Below, in pieces: positions 13,311-25,675 of a DNA stretch of 64,000 nucleotides. The stretch's first letter is position 1. Every line of letters starts with the position of its first letter. Source of the DNA: Eledone cirrhosa (lineage: Eukaryota); the NCBI GenBank assembly GCA_964016885.1, contig OZ024742.1:180234001-180298000 (forward strand), given 5' to 3'. Below the pieces are notes generated by a model. It was not told the DNA's origin. It did no database searches and saw only the letters and a list, made by a program, of their open reading frames with translations. Made by a program: the position numbers and the translations under genes.

Positions 13311-13484
13311 ACTGACTATATATATATATAGTCAGTTAGGTGGACTATATATATATAGTCAGAGGGCTGAGACCAGGAAAACCACTAATCATACCCTTTG
13401 AAATGACTTGCTGAACACACAAGCCGAAACCACTTGGTGCCACTTTCAGGGTTTTACATCTCTCTCTTTCTCTCTCTCTCTCTT

Positions 13485-13515
<31 letters not shown>

Positions 13516-13629
13516 ATGATGATGATATGTTCTGGCTCGTTAATTTATTAACCTGCCATAGAACCACATTGGCATACGGTTGGATAATACATGTGTCCCT
13601 ATATGCATTTTTTGCACGTAGGAAAACAT

Positions 13630-13992
13630 ACTTTATTATTATTAATCTCCCCTAAGGTCGAGATAAAATTTTGGTCGTTTTTACTGCTGCTATTTCTAGT
13701 GGCAGCACATTGACCATTCCGCCCTTGCCTTCTATCTTTACACACAACACTAGACAAGATTGTTTCCTTATCATACACTCTCATCCAGGAACAGTTCGGT
13801 ATGGCGCCAGTTCGTGATTTGAACTCGGGAATTTTATATTCTCCGAGTGAGATGAACCCTCCGACGAAATTCTCCTTCTCAAAGGTGTTCCGCATGGATT
13901 ATCCATTTATTTTGAGAATTGAAACCGCGCGGTAAGTACAGTAAACTTTTTAAAATTTATTTTAAAACTGTTTCTCTATTTGCTAAAACTTG
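13630..13992 (-). mobile_element. Unclassified interspersed repeat with (TAA)n tail; second copy at ~38635-39005
   Basis: Shared blocks such as ACTCGGGAATTTTATATTCT and GAAACCGCG in both copies; both flanked by (TA)n. Confidence 0.7.
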
Positions 13993-14057
13993 ATTATATA
14001 TATATATAATATATATATATATATATTATATATATTATATATTATATATATATATAT

Positions 14058-14109
<52 letters not shown>

Positions 14110-14113
<4 letters not shown>

Positions 14114-14780
14114 TTAAAAAATATATTGTTAAGGTTTTCCCTTAAAAAAATTGTTTTTTATTTTGCTTTGTTTTCATTCATTGTCTTGTCCTCCCTTCGT
14201 TAATTTTCCTAAGTTTATCAGTACTAATCTGTGACGAACATGTTCTCTTTTCTCACCCCATTAACTTCAATGGCTCACATTTTTAACAGGATATCTTACT
14301 TTCTTCTTCCCTTTTTCCTTTTTCGTTTCTTTTTTTTCTTCTTCCCTTTGCTCCTTTGTTTCTCTGGTGTTTCATGGTATAAATACACAATACCTCCTTT
14401 TTCTTTCCTTCTTTTCCCTTTCTTTTTGTTTCATGAGGTACTTGTGCTACAAAAAAGTACAATATGACGTCACATAAACTCTATGTATACATGTTATAGC
14501 TTAACTGCTATAAATTATTGTCTCGTACCTTACTCCTCCGACAGTACTATGGCTTGTGTCAGATGCTATGAGTTCTGTTGGACTAGCAGTACCGTTGGTA
14601 AGGGTTGAAAATGAGAAAGTCCATCTCAATGGCTGAAGACTCTGGAGTTTTGTGTCTTTCATTTTATTTATATTTCAAAAATAATTTTTGAAGGTTTACT
14701 CTTAAAAGAAATTGTTTTGCATTTTGCCTTGTTTTTGTTTGTTGTCTTGTTCTCCCTTTGTTAATTTCCCTAAGTTTATA
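14110..14780. mobile_element. Unclassified element with ~110-bp terminal direct repeats in (TA)n; homolog at ~39640-40240
   Basis: 14115-14220 resembles 14670-14780; the same layout and homologous body recur at 39690-39785 and 40130-40240. Confidence 0.6.
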
Positions 14781-14787
14781 TATATAT

Positions 14788-14920
14788 ATAGGAAAAGAGT
14801 CAGGACCCTGACGGCTGTGCTCCAGCAGTTTCGACAGCTAGATCCGAACACTAGATCAGTTTGGATCTAGCTGTTGAAACGGCCGAAGCTCAGCCGTCGG
14901 GGTCCTGACTCTTTTCCTAT
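14788..14920. repeat. Imperfect palindrome whose arms carry the 3' half of a hammerhead
   Basis: ATAGGAAAAGAGTCAGGACCC...GGGTCCTGACTCTTTTCCTAT; right arm reads GAAA-CGGC-loop-GCCG-TC. Confidence 0.85.
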
Positions 14921-15059
14921 TACCCACTCTACTACCCTAAGTATTGCGTACTCTGGTGCATTATGGTCCACCTGGTAAATTACCACACCCTCTTTGTTAT
15001 ATATATATATATATATATACGATATTAATAAATGGAAACTATATTTATAAAACCATATT

Positions 15060-15124
15060 TATTTCATTATATATATTTCAAGGATACCAAGTTACATTAT
15101 GGTATGCCTTCATCAGACAAAATA
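15060..15124 (-). ncRNA. Minimal type I hammerhead ribozyme motif (left arm of perfect inverted repeat)
   Basis: Exact reverse complement of 15522-15586. Confidence 0.8.
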
Positions 15125-15521
15125 CAATATATAACAGTTTTATAAATAGACATTGACGTACCCCTTTACAAATTAACCGTTGTTTTTGGAGGCCATCAGG
15201 AGATTGATTTGTTTACTTTAGTAAGTCATAGTGTTAAGAGTAAGTAAAAAGATGGAGAGAGAGAGAGAACGTGGAGAAAAGAAAGGGAGAGATAGATAAA
15301 GAAAAAGAAGAAAGCAAAAAGAAAAGAGAACAGAGGAAAAATAACGGGGAGATATCAAACCATCAGACAGAGAAAAAATCCAGAGAGAGATATATAGAGA
15401 TAGAGAGAGGGGGGAGAGAACGAAAACCTTAAGTTATGTCATATTAAGTTGAGTTAACAATTGGGATGAAAAGCATAAATAAAATTAGAAATATTAATAT
15501 TTATAAAACTGTTATATATTG

Positions 15522-15586
15522 TATTTTGTCTGATGAAGGCATACCATAATGTAACTTGGTATCCTTGAAATATATATAATGAAATA
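15522..15586 (+). ncRNA. Minimal type I hammerhead ribozyme motif (right arm)
   Basis: Stem I TATTTTGT/ATGAAATA (8 bp, two G-U); CTGATGA 15530-15536; stem II AGGCATACCA/TGGTATCCTT; GAAA 15567-15570; palindromic stem III ATATATAT; predicted cleavage after 15578. Confidence 0.8.
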
Positions 15587-15879
15587 AATATGGTTTTATA
15601 AATATAGTTTCCATTTATTAATATCGTATATCTACTCCAAATATTTGTCGAGTGCTTTATATCAGTTATAAAAATATTTGCTTGTTGTATCCCAACAATT
15701 TAAATAAAACTTTTGCATATATATATATATATATATATATAAGCAGGGGCAGACACGGATTGCAAAAGCCATAGTGGAGACAACATGTCAAGGAGAGTAG
15801 ACACTCTGAATAAAAACTTATACAGAGTGCAGAGGGCTTTTGAGTCCAAATAAGACAAACTCTCTAGTGTTAGTGGCAT

Positions 15880-16530
15880 GAATAATGCACCCAGTCCATG
15901 CTGTAAAGTGGTTGGTAATATGAAGGGAATACAGCCAAAACAAAATCCTGCTAATTGCATATACAGGACTAACACTAATCATGTTAGTGCTGCACATGGC
16001 AGTGGGGTAGCTAAAAGTGGCCCTGTGCGAGCGCCCCCTCGACCATCATCAAGCTATCACACAGCCTTTTCCCTTCCAGGTACAAAGAACTGCTACTCAA
16101 GGAACTAATAACTGTCAAGTTACAAATCTCAGGGATGCCACTCTCAATGTGACACCCTAAAAGGTAAATCAGGTGAAATTGAGTAACTGTTAGAGAGAAG
16201 CGAAGTGGGTGAATACTGTGTACAAGAGGTGAAATGGAGGGATGATTCAGTAAGATTATTCATAGGTCACAACATAGATACAAACTTTTCTGAGTAGAAA
16301 ATGACGATGGGGGTAAGTTGTGAAGGCATTCTAATAGTTGAGAAATGGATAGATAAGTTAATAGAGGTAGTTAGAGTAAGTGACAGAATTATCAAGCTTA
16401 GAATCACTGTAGGAAATAAATGGTGACAAGCACATCAACCTATGCATCACAGGCAGGACTGTATAAATAAAAAGGACCATTTCTATGAGGAGTTTTTACA
16501 GACACCAAGTACTCAAGAAGTTAGGGTAGT
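15880..16530 (+). mobile_element. RTE LINE 5' fragment with APE endonuclease remnant
   Basis: Broken frame TLNV.TL.GK..CVQEVKW.G..VRVSDRIIKL..YASQAG. Confidence 0.75.
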
Positions 16531-17589
16531 ATTATTGTGAAATACATATAAGAACACCAGTCAATACACAATATAGAATTTATCATCATCATCATTGTAC
16601 ATCCACTTGCCATGCTTGCATAGGCTGAATGCATCATCACAGTCCGAAGCCAAATGGGTTGGAGCAACGCCATCTTGCTTATATGTTCCATATTTAGTAT
16701 GGTTTTTACAGTTGAGTGCCCTTCCTTACAGCAACCACCTTATAGGATGTACTGGGTGTGGTTGTTTTAGCACCACCACTACCTCTTTACAGATTTATAT
16801 TGAGTAAAACAGTGTGTTTAGCAATAATAATGATTGTAATAATAATAACAATAGCAATACCACCATCACTATAAAAACAATCATGCAATTTCCCTTTGGA
16901 TGAATGGGAGTGGAATCATGTACCGTAAGCTGAAGAAAGAAAAGACATCTCCTAACCTGTTTCTAACAGCAATCAAAGCTATACTGGAAGATTGCCAAGC
17001 AGCTGGCTACAAATAGTTTTCTTGCCAAGTGTTCTATCTTACCATGACTGTCTTGGTTCATTGCCAGAACTTACCAAAATCAGTTCAAATCAAACTTTAA
17101 GTACAAAGAGGACATGGTGAGATATGGCTGAGAAGAAAATATAATATATAAATGTGTAAATTCATAAATAAATAATGTAAAAACAAAGCAAAATACATTA
17201 AGATGAAATTTGGGTGAAGAGGCAGATGTGTAAGAGATATTAAGTCATTCAAAGACACAAAAAATCTATTTGGTATTCTCGATTATGATTTACTTATACC
17301 TATCTCTTTTAATATAAGTAAAAGTTCTGATATAATTTTATTGTCTGACAGAATAACCAGAGATAAGTTTTCATTTTTTTTACATTATTCAGTTAATAAT
17401 TAGGTTTCTACATAATTTCCTTAATTTGTTGTTATTTATTTATATATATTTATTTTATCTAAATCAATATTGCTTGGAGATGAGGTAAAATATATTAGTA
17501 TTGAAGATAATTATTCATCATCTTCAAAGTCATCATTATTGTTGTTGTTCTGGTTGTTATTATCATGATCATGATCATAATCAACATCC

Positions 17590-17860
17590 CTACCACCATC
17601 GTCATCATTGTCATCAGCAACACCACCACTACTAACTATCACCATAACCCCACTACCACCACCAACATCGCCTCTACCACCATTAACAACAACACAAATA
17701 TCACCAACACCACCACCACAACCAATACCAATAACAACTTTACCACTGCCACTAACAACAATAATAACACCACTATCAACAACAACAACAACACAACAAC
17801 CACCACCAAAATCAACAACAACAACGATACCAACACCACAACCATCATCATCATCATTTC
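17590..17860. repeat. Degenerate (CAA/CAC)n trinucleotide tract
   Basis: Directly visible; source of T/N-rich pseudo-ORFs. Confidence 0.95.
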
Positions 17861-18206
17861 TTTCATGTCTACTTCTCCATCATTGTATAGGTTGGATGAA
17901 ACAGTTTCAATAGAGGATCTTTCAACTTATTTTGACCATTCCTTGTCCTTTTTCAGCCTTAACAACCTTAGGTCTATCCTCACCACAACTGTGCACTCCT
18001 CCTTAGGTCTTCCTCTTCTACAGACTTCTACATCTTCATGTATTGTTTGGCACTCTTTCACCCAACTGTTATTCTTTATAGCAGCTATCACATGTGCTTA
18101 CCATTGCAACATATATCTCAGTTTTACTATCAACATATAGCTCAGTTTTACTATCAACATACAAGTGCTTCATCATTCATACATATGACATTATATACTA
18201 TATCCA

Positions 18207-18289
<83 letters not shown>

Positions 18290-18425
18290 AAGAAAGCTCA
18301 CACACTTTCTTACTATCCTTCACATATCTTCCAGCATTTAACACTCTTACCTTGCTAACTTGCAATATAGCACTTTGTACATAGGCCTAATATGATATAT
18401 CCTTCCCCCAGAGAGAAAACCCCTT
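17860..18425 (-). mobile_element. RTE LINE 3' fragment interrupted by (GA)n
   Basis: RRGRPK..W...V..DL on minus; tail matches other RTE copies. Confidence 0.6.
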
Positions 18426-19595
18426 TATTGTTTAATCACAGGTAAGTCATAATTGAACAGATCTATGATTAAAAGTTATTCTAGCCATGAACTTTCATTT
18501 TTGTTTTCTTTTTTAGATACAGTGTATTTATGTTTACATTGGCATTGTGTTTTCTTTTAAAATGGTAGGGTATGATTTGAGGGAGATTGCCTGCTTTTCC
18601 TAACATGTCAAGCAGTAGAGGCTCCCTCACTTGAAGGTGATAGATCCTTGAACTTTTTCCACTACATATTTACCTTATCTCCTCCACATCCACCTCTGCA
18701 GATGATTAGGTCAGTTAAACAACAGCAGCTATCAACTACTTCTAGGAGCCTTCCAAACAAGTGAGAAGATTCATTTCCTAGGTTGTCAGACTGCTAGCTA
18801 TACCTGTCTATTTATTACACCAGACATATCAATACAGTTTCTCTCTCACTCTCTCCATCACTCACACTCACACATACACACACACACATCCATGTGTGTG
18901 GTTGTGGTATTGTTGACGAAAATGTTATTGATGATGGTATGTATGATGATAATGATGATGATAATAATAATAATGATGTTGATATGTATGATGATGATGC
19001 ATATGATTATGGGGAAGGGGCAGTAGGAGGAGGAGAAGGTTTGTGTTGATAATCACTCATAAGGAGAGAAAACAGGAAGTTGTAAGTTTCATATCTTGTT
19101 TTTTTTTTGTTTGTTTTCTATCAGCGTTGGTGGCTTAAATGAAGCAAAATGGTTTCTATTAAGAAGTAAATGCTGATCAAAGTGTTAGCTTGCCAGAAGC
19201 ATCCTTCTTAATCTACAATAACAGTAATTAAAAAATTCGAGATAAAACTAGAACGACAAGATTTAAAACGAAGCAGAAAAGTAGAAAATAATATATAACA
19301 TTGAAATTGCATTGTATGAAAATTTTCTGAAATATTTTTGTCTTTCTTTTCATAAATTTTCATTTTTTGAAATTAAATATACTTAAGATATATTAAATAA
19401 TAAAATAAACAGAATCAAAAGCTTAAAACAATTTTCTTTATAAATGTCCATGCCCCCATCTGCATCTTCTCTGTAAAATACAATGAAAAATTGGCATCAA
19501 ATCCAATTTAACATATAGCAGAGTTTTAAAGCAATTGATTATAAATAATTTGTCTTTGATGTGTTTCAGAAATGTTGTTTCAAAATATTTCCTAA

Positions 19596-19667
<72 letters not shown>

Positions 19668-19676
19668 ACTGCAATA

Positions 19677-20075
19677 AGGGCAGTGGATTAGCAGAGTCAT
19701 TAGTGTTGGACAAAATGCTGTAAAGTATTTGCTTCAGCACTTTACAACCTGAGTTCAAATAACACTGAGGTCAACTTTGCCTTTTATTCTTCTGAAATGT
19801 TAAAATACAATACCAGTCAAATACTGAAATCGATTTAATCGATTTTTCTCCCTCCAAACTGCTTAAATTAGAAATCACCATCATTATTGGCAGTATTGGT
19901 AGAGGGTCGGACGCTATGCTTTGACGCATAGAGTTACGGCCCTTGCCATTCTGAGTTCAAATCCTGTTGAGGTTAACTTTGCCTTTCATCCTTACGGGGT
20001 CGATAAAATAAAGTACCAGTAATGCACTGGGATAATTGCTGGCCTTGTGCCAAAAGTAGAAACAATTATTAGTAG
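19677..20075 (+). mobile_element. Two tRNA-derived SINEs (family A; central domain resembling Deu/Nin-type SINEs)
   Basis: A-box TGGCAGTATTGG, B-box GAGTTCAAATCC, conserved body, (ATT)n tail; further copies ~26713-26817(-), 33720-33830(-), 34378-34545(-), 42899-43080(-), 47975-48100(+), 49905-50090(+). Confidence 0.88.
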
Positions 20076-20084
20076 TAGTAAAGC

Positions 20085-20352
20085 TGCTACTTCTCTGAAT
20101 TGAGAGATCACAGCTCCAGCACTATGGGCATGTGGTTAGAATGTCTCAGGAAATAATTGCTGGACAGATTCTATGGGCAAAATCAATCAGCAGTTGGGTA
20201 CACTCTGCAAGATGGTTGGATAACATCCATGAGCTTGGCTGGTCTCGCTTGGGGATCCAGCCAGATCAGTTGGAGATGGTTGCTTCTGACAGGACCCACT
20301 GGAAGGAGTGTTTAAGAACCCTGCCCCCACAACCTTCTCAAGAAGAAGAAGG
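20085..20352 (+). mobile_element. RTE LINE 3' end (same family as 35300-35990)
   Basis: TTGAGAGATCACAGCTCC...GAGCTTGGCTGGTC shared between the two loci. Confidence 0.8.
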
Positions 20353-21099
20353 GATATGGGAAAGCAATGATAATCTGGGATTAGGATTTCCTGACTAATG
20401 GAGCAATTGAGTATTGCCGATTGGGCATGGTCATATTGAAGAAGAAGAAGAGCATATTGTTGTTTTGCTTTGTGTGTGTGCGTGTATGTGTATGTGTGTG
20501 CATGTATGTATTTTTTTCTATGATTTTACACCTGTTCTGTTGGTTAATGTTTGAATATTGAAATATTTTCTAAGGGTGTTTATTGTGTAAGTGGGTGGGT
20601 GAAGTAGGATGTCAAATAGTGATGTATGGATAATGATGGTTGGAACTCTAGCTTACAGCTTGAATAACTGATTATTAACAGATATTCTGTATTTTGATTT
20701 ATACTGATTTATATAATCCATTTTTTCCCCAGTGCGAACAGCATTTGGTGTAAATTTTGTGGAGATATATTATCATATCATCATCACCATCATCATCATC
20801 TTTTTAATACCCACTTTCCCTACTAGCAAGGTTTCGATGGGTCTACATAGACCAAGTTAGTACTGAAGTGGAGCTACTCATCTCACAGACAGGCCATTGT
20901 TCTGCATCTCAATACATATGTTCCCACGTTCTACCAACTGTATCCAGTCATAACTATAGTAACAAGTACAGTGTATCGATGACTATATCTTCTAAAGTGC
21001 CATTTCTTATTTTCTTAAGACACTCAGATGAGATTTGACAGTTATTTTTTACAGATTGTATAATCATATGAAGGCTCCTTAAATGGAAGTAGAAATAAG

Positions 21100-21255
21100 T
21101 GACGATAATGATGGTGAAGCTGATGATGGTGAAGATGTTTGTGAAGATGATGATGGTGGTGGTGATGATGGTGAAGATGTATGTGAAGATGATGTTGGTG
21201 AAGATGATGATGGTGATGATGATGATGGTGAAGATGTTGGTGATGATGATGATTG
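21100..21255. repeat. (GAT/GGT/GAA)n simple repeat
   Basis: Directly visible; poly-His pseudo-ORF on minus. Confidence 0.95.
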
Positions 21256-22569
21256 AATGAGTTTGAATTTGATATTAATAACATGCTAATATTATTCTAT
21301 GCACATGTATTGGATTCACACTAGGCCCACTGTTTCCCTGCATGTCATAAGCGACTAAAAGGATTGGTACAAGGAAGGTTATGTGGCTGTAAAAGATTAC
21401 CTCAAACAGGACTCCATGACAGGTATGAAGCTTGTCAAAGTGTTCTACATAGTTAACCCATGCTTTTAGCAGGGAAGAGGGACTGAAAGCAGTTATTGTT
21501 AGTGTATACTTGCATTCAATTCATTTTCTATTTACCTGTGTTTGTGTATGTGTTTGTGTGTACGTGTGTTTGTGTGTATGTGTGTTTGTGTGTATATGTG
21601 TATGAGTGAAAATTGTTTAAAATAAGTATTCAAATGTTGGTAAAATTCTGAAATAAAATCAGGAAAACAAATAAAAGCCCCAAATCAACAACAGACTCAA
21701 ACTCAACACCTGGAAGTTAACAGATACAGGCTTACTACCACACTTCATTCCACTTCAACAATAGATACAACCCTAATTTAGATTATAGAATGGCTTAGAA
21801 TACACACTTTGTGATCAATTGACCACTTCCAACATTGAGAAAACCTGCCACTCTCAAATTGAAATGGACTTGTATAAGAACAACACAAAGTACCCTGCTC
21901 CGACTTAGTTTCTCAAACTCATCTTTTGACAAAGGGATTTTATCCTGAAATATTAAGGACTAATTAAATACCTACAAGCCAACATTTCAACGAATTTATT
22001 ATTATTATCTTTAAGCATCTAGTGTCGTATTTGAATTGATGTATGTCTTAAAAAACAACAATATTTTTTATAATTTCCACAATGATTCCAACAAACTACA
22101 ACACCCTCTTATAATGCATGTTTGTATCACTTGTATCATTAGTATAACTATAGTTTCAATGATAGCAGTAGATAAACAGACTTCATTTGAAACTAGAAAC
22201 TGACATTGTTGTGATTGCCTGCTACAAGAATGAAATTTTATCAGCACAATTTATATAAGTAATATGATTTACAAATGAAATGCATCTATAAAAATGAGTT
22301 GGAAAGAAATAAGATAGAAACATGCACATTCCCTCAGTTACACACTACAACAAGGAACGCTGGTGGTGTCATCTATAAATTGTTGATGCAACCCAAAACA
22401 CTCATTGCACAACAGCAAGTGATAGTAAATACTTCAGTAATTTGAGCTGTCAATAATGACAACAATTTTATTGGCAGCATGCTAGTTCCTTGAAACATCT
22501 CAAATGCCACAAGCTAAAAATTTTAATTTACCAATAAATTTCAGTATTTCAGTAAATTAATCCTTTCAG

Positions 22570-22762
22570 CTTAGAATCCAGTGACCCTCTGCACCTCAGC
22601 TTCAGGCAAAGCATTCTTCAGTATAGGGTTGCAGTGACCCCACCACATCTGCTACAGTGATCCCAAACTCCATCTCTGCTGCAGTATCTAGGATGTGAAG
22701 AGTCAGAAGATTTGAACGAATGACATCTTATAAACAATCTACTACTATCCTATGAGTAAATG
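22570..22762 (+). other. Candidate exon (probably non-coding/UTR)
   Basis: TCCTTTCAG acceptor, ATG|GTAAGT donor, apparently non-repetitive; stops in all three frames. Confidence 0.25.
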
Positions 22763-23049
22763 GTAAGTTCATTGGGCTTCTTCCCCACCAGATGCTATAT
22801 ATATATCATCATTTTACATCCACTTTTCCCTGCTTGCAAGGGTGGAGCGGGAACTGATTCTTGCTTGATTTCTACAGCTGGATGCCCTTCCTAACACCAA
22901 CCTCATTTACAGTGAGTGGTTAGTGCTTTTTTTCCATGGCGCCTACACGTCCACTTTACTGTGTGGGCTGGGTGCCTTTTTTGCTGTGGCACATCCATGA
23001 CCACTTTGCAGTGGAATGATAGGGACCTCAGTCCTACCATCTCATTTCT

Positions 23050-23177
23050 ACAGCTGAGTAAACTGGAGCAATGTGAAATAAAGTGTCTTGCTCAAGGAAA
23101 CAACACATCACCTGGTCTGAGAATTGAACTCACAACCTTTCAATTGCAAGGCCAATACTCTAACCACCAAGCCATAT
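23050..23177 (-). mobile_element. tRNA-derived CORE-type SINE (family B)
   Basis: TGTTGTTTCCTTGAGCAAGACACTTTATTTCAC CORE-like block; copies at 28745-28875(+) and 29510-29775(-). Confidence 0.8.
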
Positions 23178-23209
23178 GACTCCATATATATATATATATA
23201 TATACATAT

Positions 23210-23361
<152 letters not shown>

Positions 23362-23378
23362 TATTTATTTTATAGAAG

Positions 23379-23431
23379 GAGCTTCTACAGGACTAGTACT
23401 GTTTCATTCAGATGAAATCTTCAGGAAGCTC
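23379..23431 (-). ncRNA. Type I hammerhead ribozyme motif
   Basis: GAGCTTC-CTGAAGA-tTTC atct GAAt-GAAA-CAG tactagtc CTG-TA-GAAGCTC: perfect 7-bp stem I, stem III CAG/CTG, GUA triplet; short stem II with a U-U first pair. Confidence 0.8.
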
Positions 23432-23435
23432 TCAT

Positions 23436-23488
23436 GAGCTTCCTGAAGATTTCATCTGAATGAAACACTACTAGTCCTGTAGAAGCTC
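23436..23488 (+). ncRNA. Type I hammerhead ribozyme motif (mirror copy)
   Basis: Same as 23379-23431 except stem III CAC instead of CAG. Confidence 0.75.
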
Positions 23489-23573
23489 TTTCTATAAAAT
23501 AAAAAAATTTTACTCTGCCATGTATTGAGTACCTTACTTACTGTGGTTATCCCCGACTCAACCCGGGACCTAC

Positions 23574-23619
<46 letters not shown>

Positions 23620-23934
23620 CCACACACAGTAGTGAGAGCCATAGAAACCATGTCTAATATGGAACATAACAAGTAAGACTGGTCAGTCCATCTCGTCTGG
23701 TTTTGGACTGTGACAACCTGTCCAACCCCAACATGGAAAGAGATTAAAAGGATGATGAGAGAGAGAAGAGTGGGAGGGATACAGTTAGAGTGAGAGAAGC
23801 ATTTTAAGGACTTTTCCTGGATAAAGCTATTGTTAGCCTTGCAAGCCTCATGGCATGATTCATACACATATTTTACATCCAACTGTCTTTCCATGCACCA
23901 ATCTCTTTAGTCACCTGTTACACTACTCAAGGAT

Positions 23935-24535
23935 ACAGTATACTTATTCTAAACCAAATACACCAGACCTGTCAACTCTCTCCGTCTGACAGGGAGATCT
24001 CCCACCCAATTTGTGGTGGGTAAGAGATTTCTTCTCTTGTGAAAATGGGTACAGCTTTCATTATGTAAATTCTCTGCATTTTGCCTCGTTTCTCCCCGTT
24101 TTGGAGCACTTTTTTTTCATGGTACTCCCATTTGGGTTTTTAGAGGTTGGCAGGTCTGATACACAGATGGATATGGTGTATCTATTCTAAATCAGATGCA
24201 CACAGAGATACAGTGTACCTATTCTGAACCAGATATTCCTAGGTGTAAAGTATACACATTCTAAACTAGATATACACAGGTGTACAGTGTACCTATTCTA
24301 AATTAGAAATACACAGGTGTACATGGTACCTATTCTAAACCAGGTACACACAGGTATACAGTGTATCTATTCTAAACCAGGTACACACAGATGTACAGTG
24401 TACCTATTCTAAACCAGATACACACTGGTGTACAGTGTACCTATTCTAGACCAGGTACACACAGGGATATGGTGTACCTATTCTAAACTAGATACATACA
24501 GGTGTACAGGGTACCTATTCTAAACCAGATACACC
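23935..24535 (+). repeat. ~36-bp minisatellite (first unit interrupted by a MITE)
   Basis: Unit TGTACCTATTCTAAACCAGATACACACAGGTGTACAG, about 11 copies. Confidence 0.92.
23964..24158. mobile_element. MITE with 13-bp TIRs
   Basis: CAGACCTGTCAAC ... GTTGGCAGGTCTG; ATACAC duplicated on both flanks. Confidence 0.8.
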
Positions 24536-25484
24536 CACTCTTTACACTTATCGGCAGCTTTCAATTACATCCAATAACAGAAGGAAAATATAGCAGAAAA
24601 TAAAAGAGTAAAAAATGAAACCAAAAACAAACACAATAAAAACAAAAGTAACAAAAATGAATAATTGAAAAATGATTAGCAAATAATATTCTATTAAATC
24701 TAGAGAACTTTCCAGAACTTTCTGAATAAATAATGAAGTTTTTAATTTATTGCTATGGTTATTTAGTTATTCATTATAATTTTTGTTCTTTTAACATTTT
24801 ATTTATTTTTATTTATTTATTTATGTAATCTATTTATTTATTTAATTAATTATCTATATATGCTAGCAAGTGTTAAAATTACTTTCCATGTGGCATGAAG
24901 CGGGTTTATATTTCATGGCTGCTTCATCGATTAAATAATTGTTACTGCATTTGTAGTAGTAGTAATAGTAGTAGTAGTAGTTGTTGTTGTTGTAGTAACA
25001 ACCTATCAAGTGTTGGTGCCATGACAAAATGCATTTCTAAAGTGGCATTAAGAAGGTCATCTAGCAGTAGAAACCATGTCAAAACTGTAAAGAATCTAAG
25101 TGATGTGTGGCACTGGCTTGTCTAAGAGGACAGTTACTTTGATATAGTACGGACTTGATCTGTAATGACCAGTTCAACCAATGTCAGAATGGAACAAATG
25201 AACGTAAAATGAGCAGGATGACATATAAACACACATGCACATACACAAACACACACACAAACACACACATATATATATATTATACAAGATGACAAACACA
25301 AGAAGTCTAGTTCCTACAACACAATCTAAAAATCAAAATAATAAAATCAAGAAAATTTGCAATCTATTTAAGAAATAAGCAAAATGAATCCATGATGAAA
25401 AATATAATTTGATATAAAAAAATACGATAACAAAATGTGACGCAAAAGGTATACAACTTAGTGTCATTACTTACATAAAATAAA

Positions 25485-25675
25485 TCTATATACTACTAAA
25501 ACTCTGTGATAGTGTGCTTGTCTGTAATGTATTACAGCCAAAACGGCGCATTATTGGAAAATACTTTGAAAGAAAGATGCCCCTGAAATGGGAATACAAA
25601 TGGAATAAAACAAGTTTTGCGTAAATCAGAGCACAGGTTCCCGAGATACAGGGTTTTTCCGGGTACCTTCATAAA
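25485..25675 (+). mobile_element. Helitron-like 5' end
   Basis: A|TCTATATACTACTAAAA...TGTCTGT; a subterminal block shared with the Helitron 3' region (37680-37755) lies at 29370-29455. Confidence 0.45.

Noticed and set aside
13394-13452. ACCCT...CAAGCC-GAAA...TC-AGGGT hammerhead-like scaffold
   Set aside because: No CTGANGA core and stem III does not form properly.
17565-18140. 191-aa T/N-rich ORF, and the poly-His ORF at 21042-21284
   Set aside because: Trinucleotide simple repeats, the first running into an antisense RTE fragment.
19888-19970. tRNA-like A/B boxes
   Set aside because: SINE heads, not cloverleaf tRNA genes.
23935-24535. Regular ~36-bp repeats resembling a CRISPR array
   Set aside because: No unique spacers, no cas genes, eukaryotic context.
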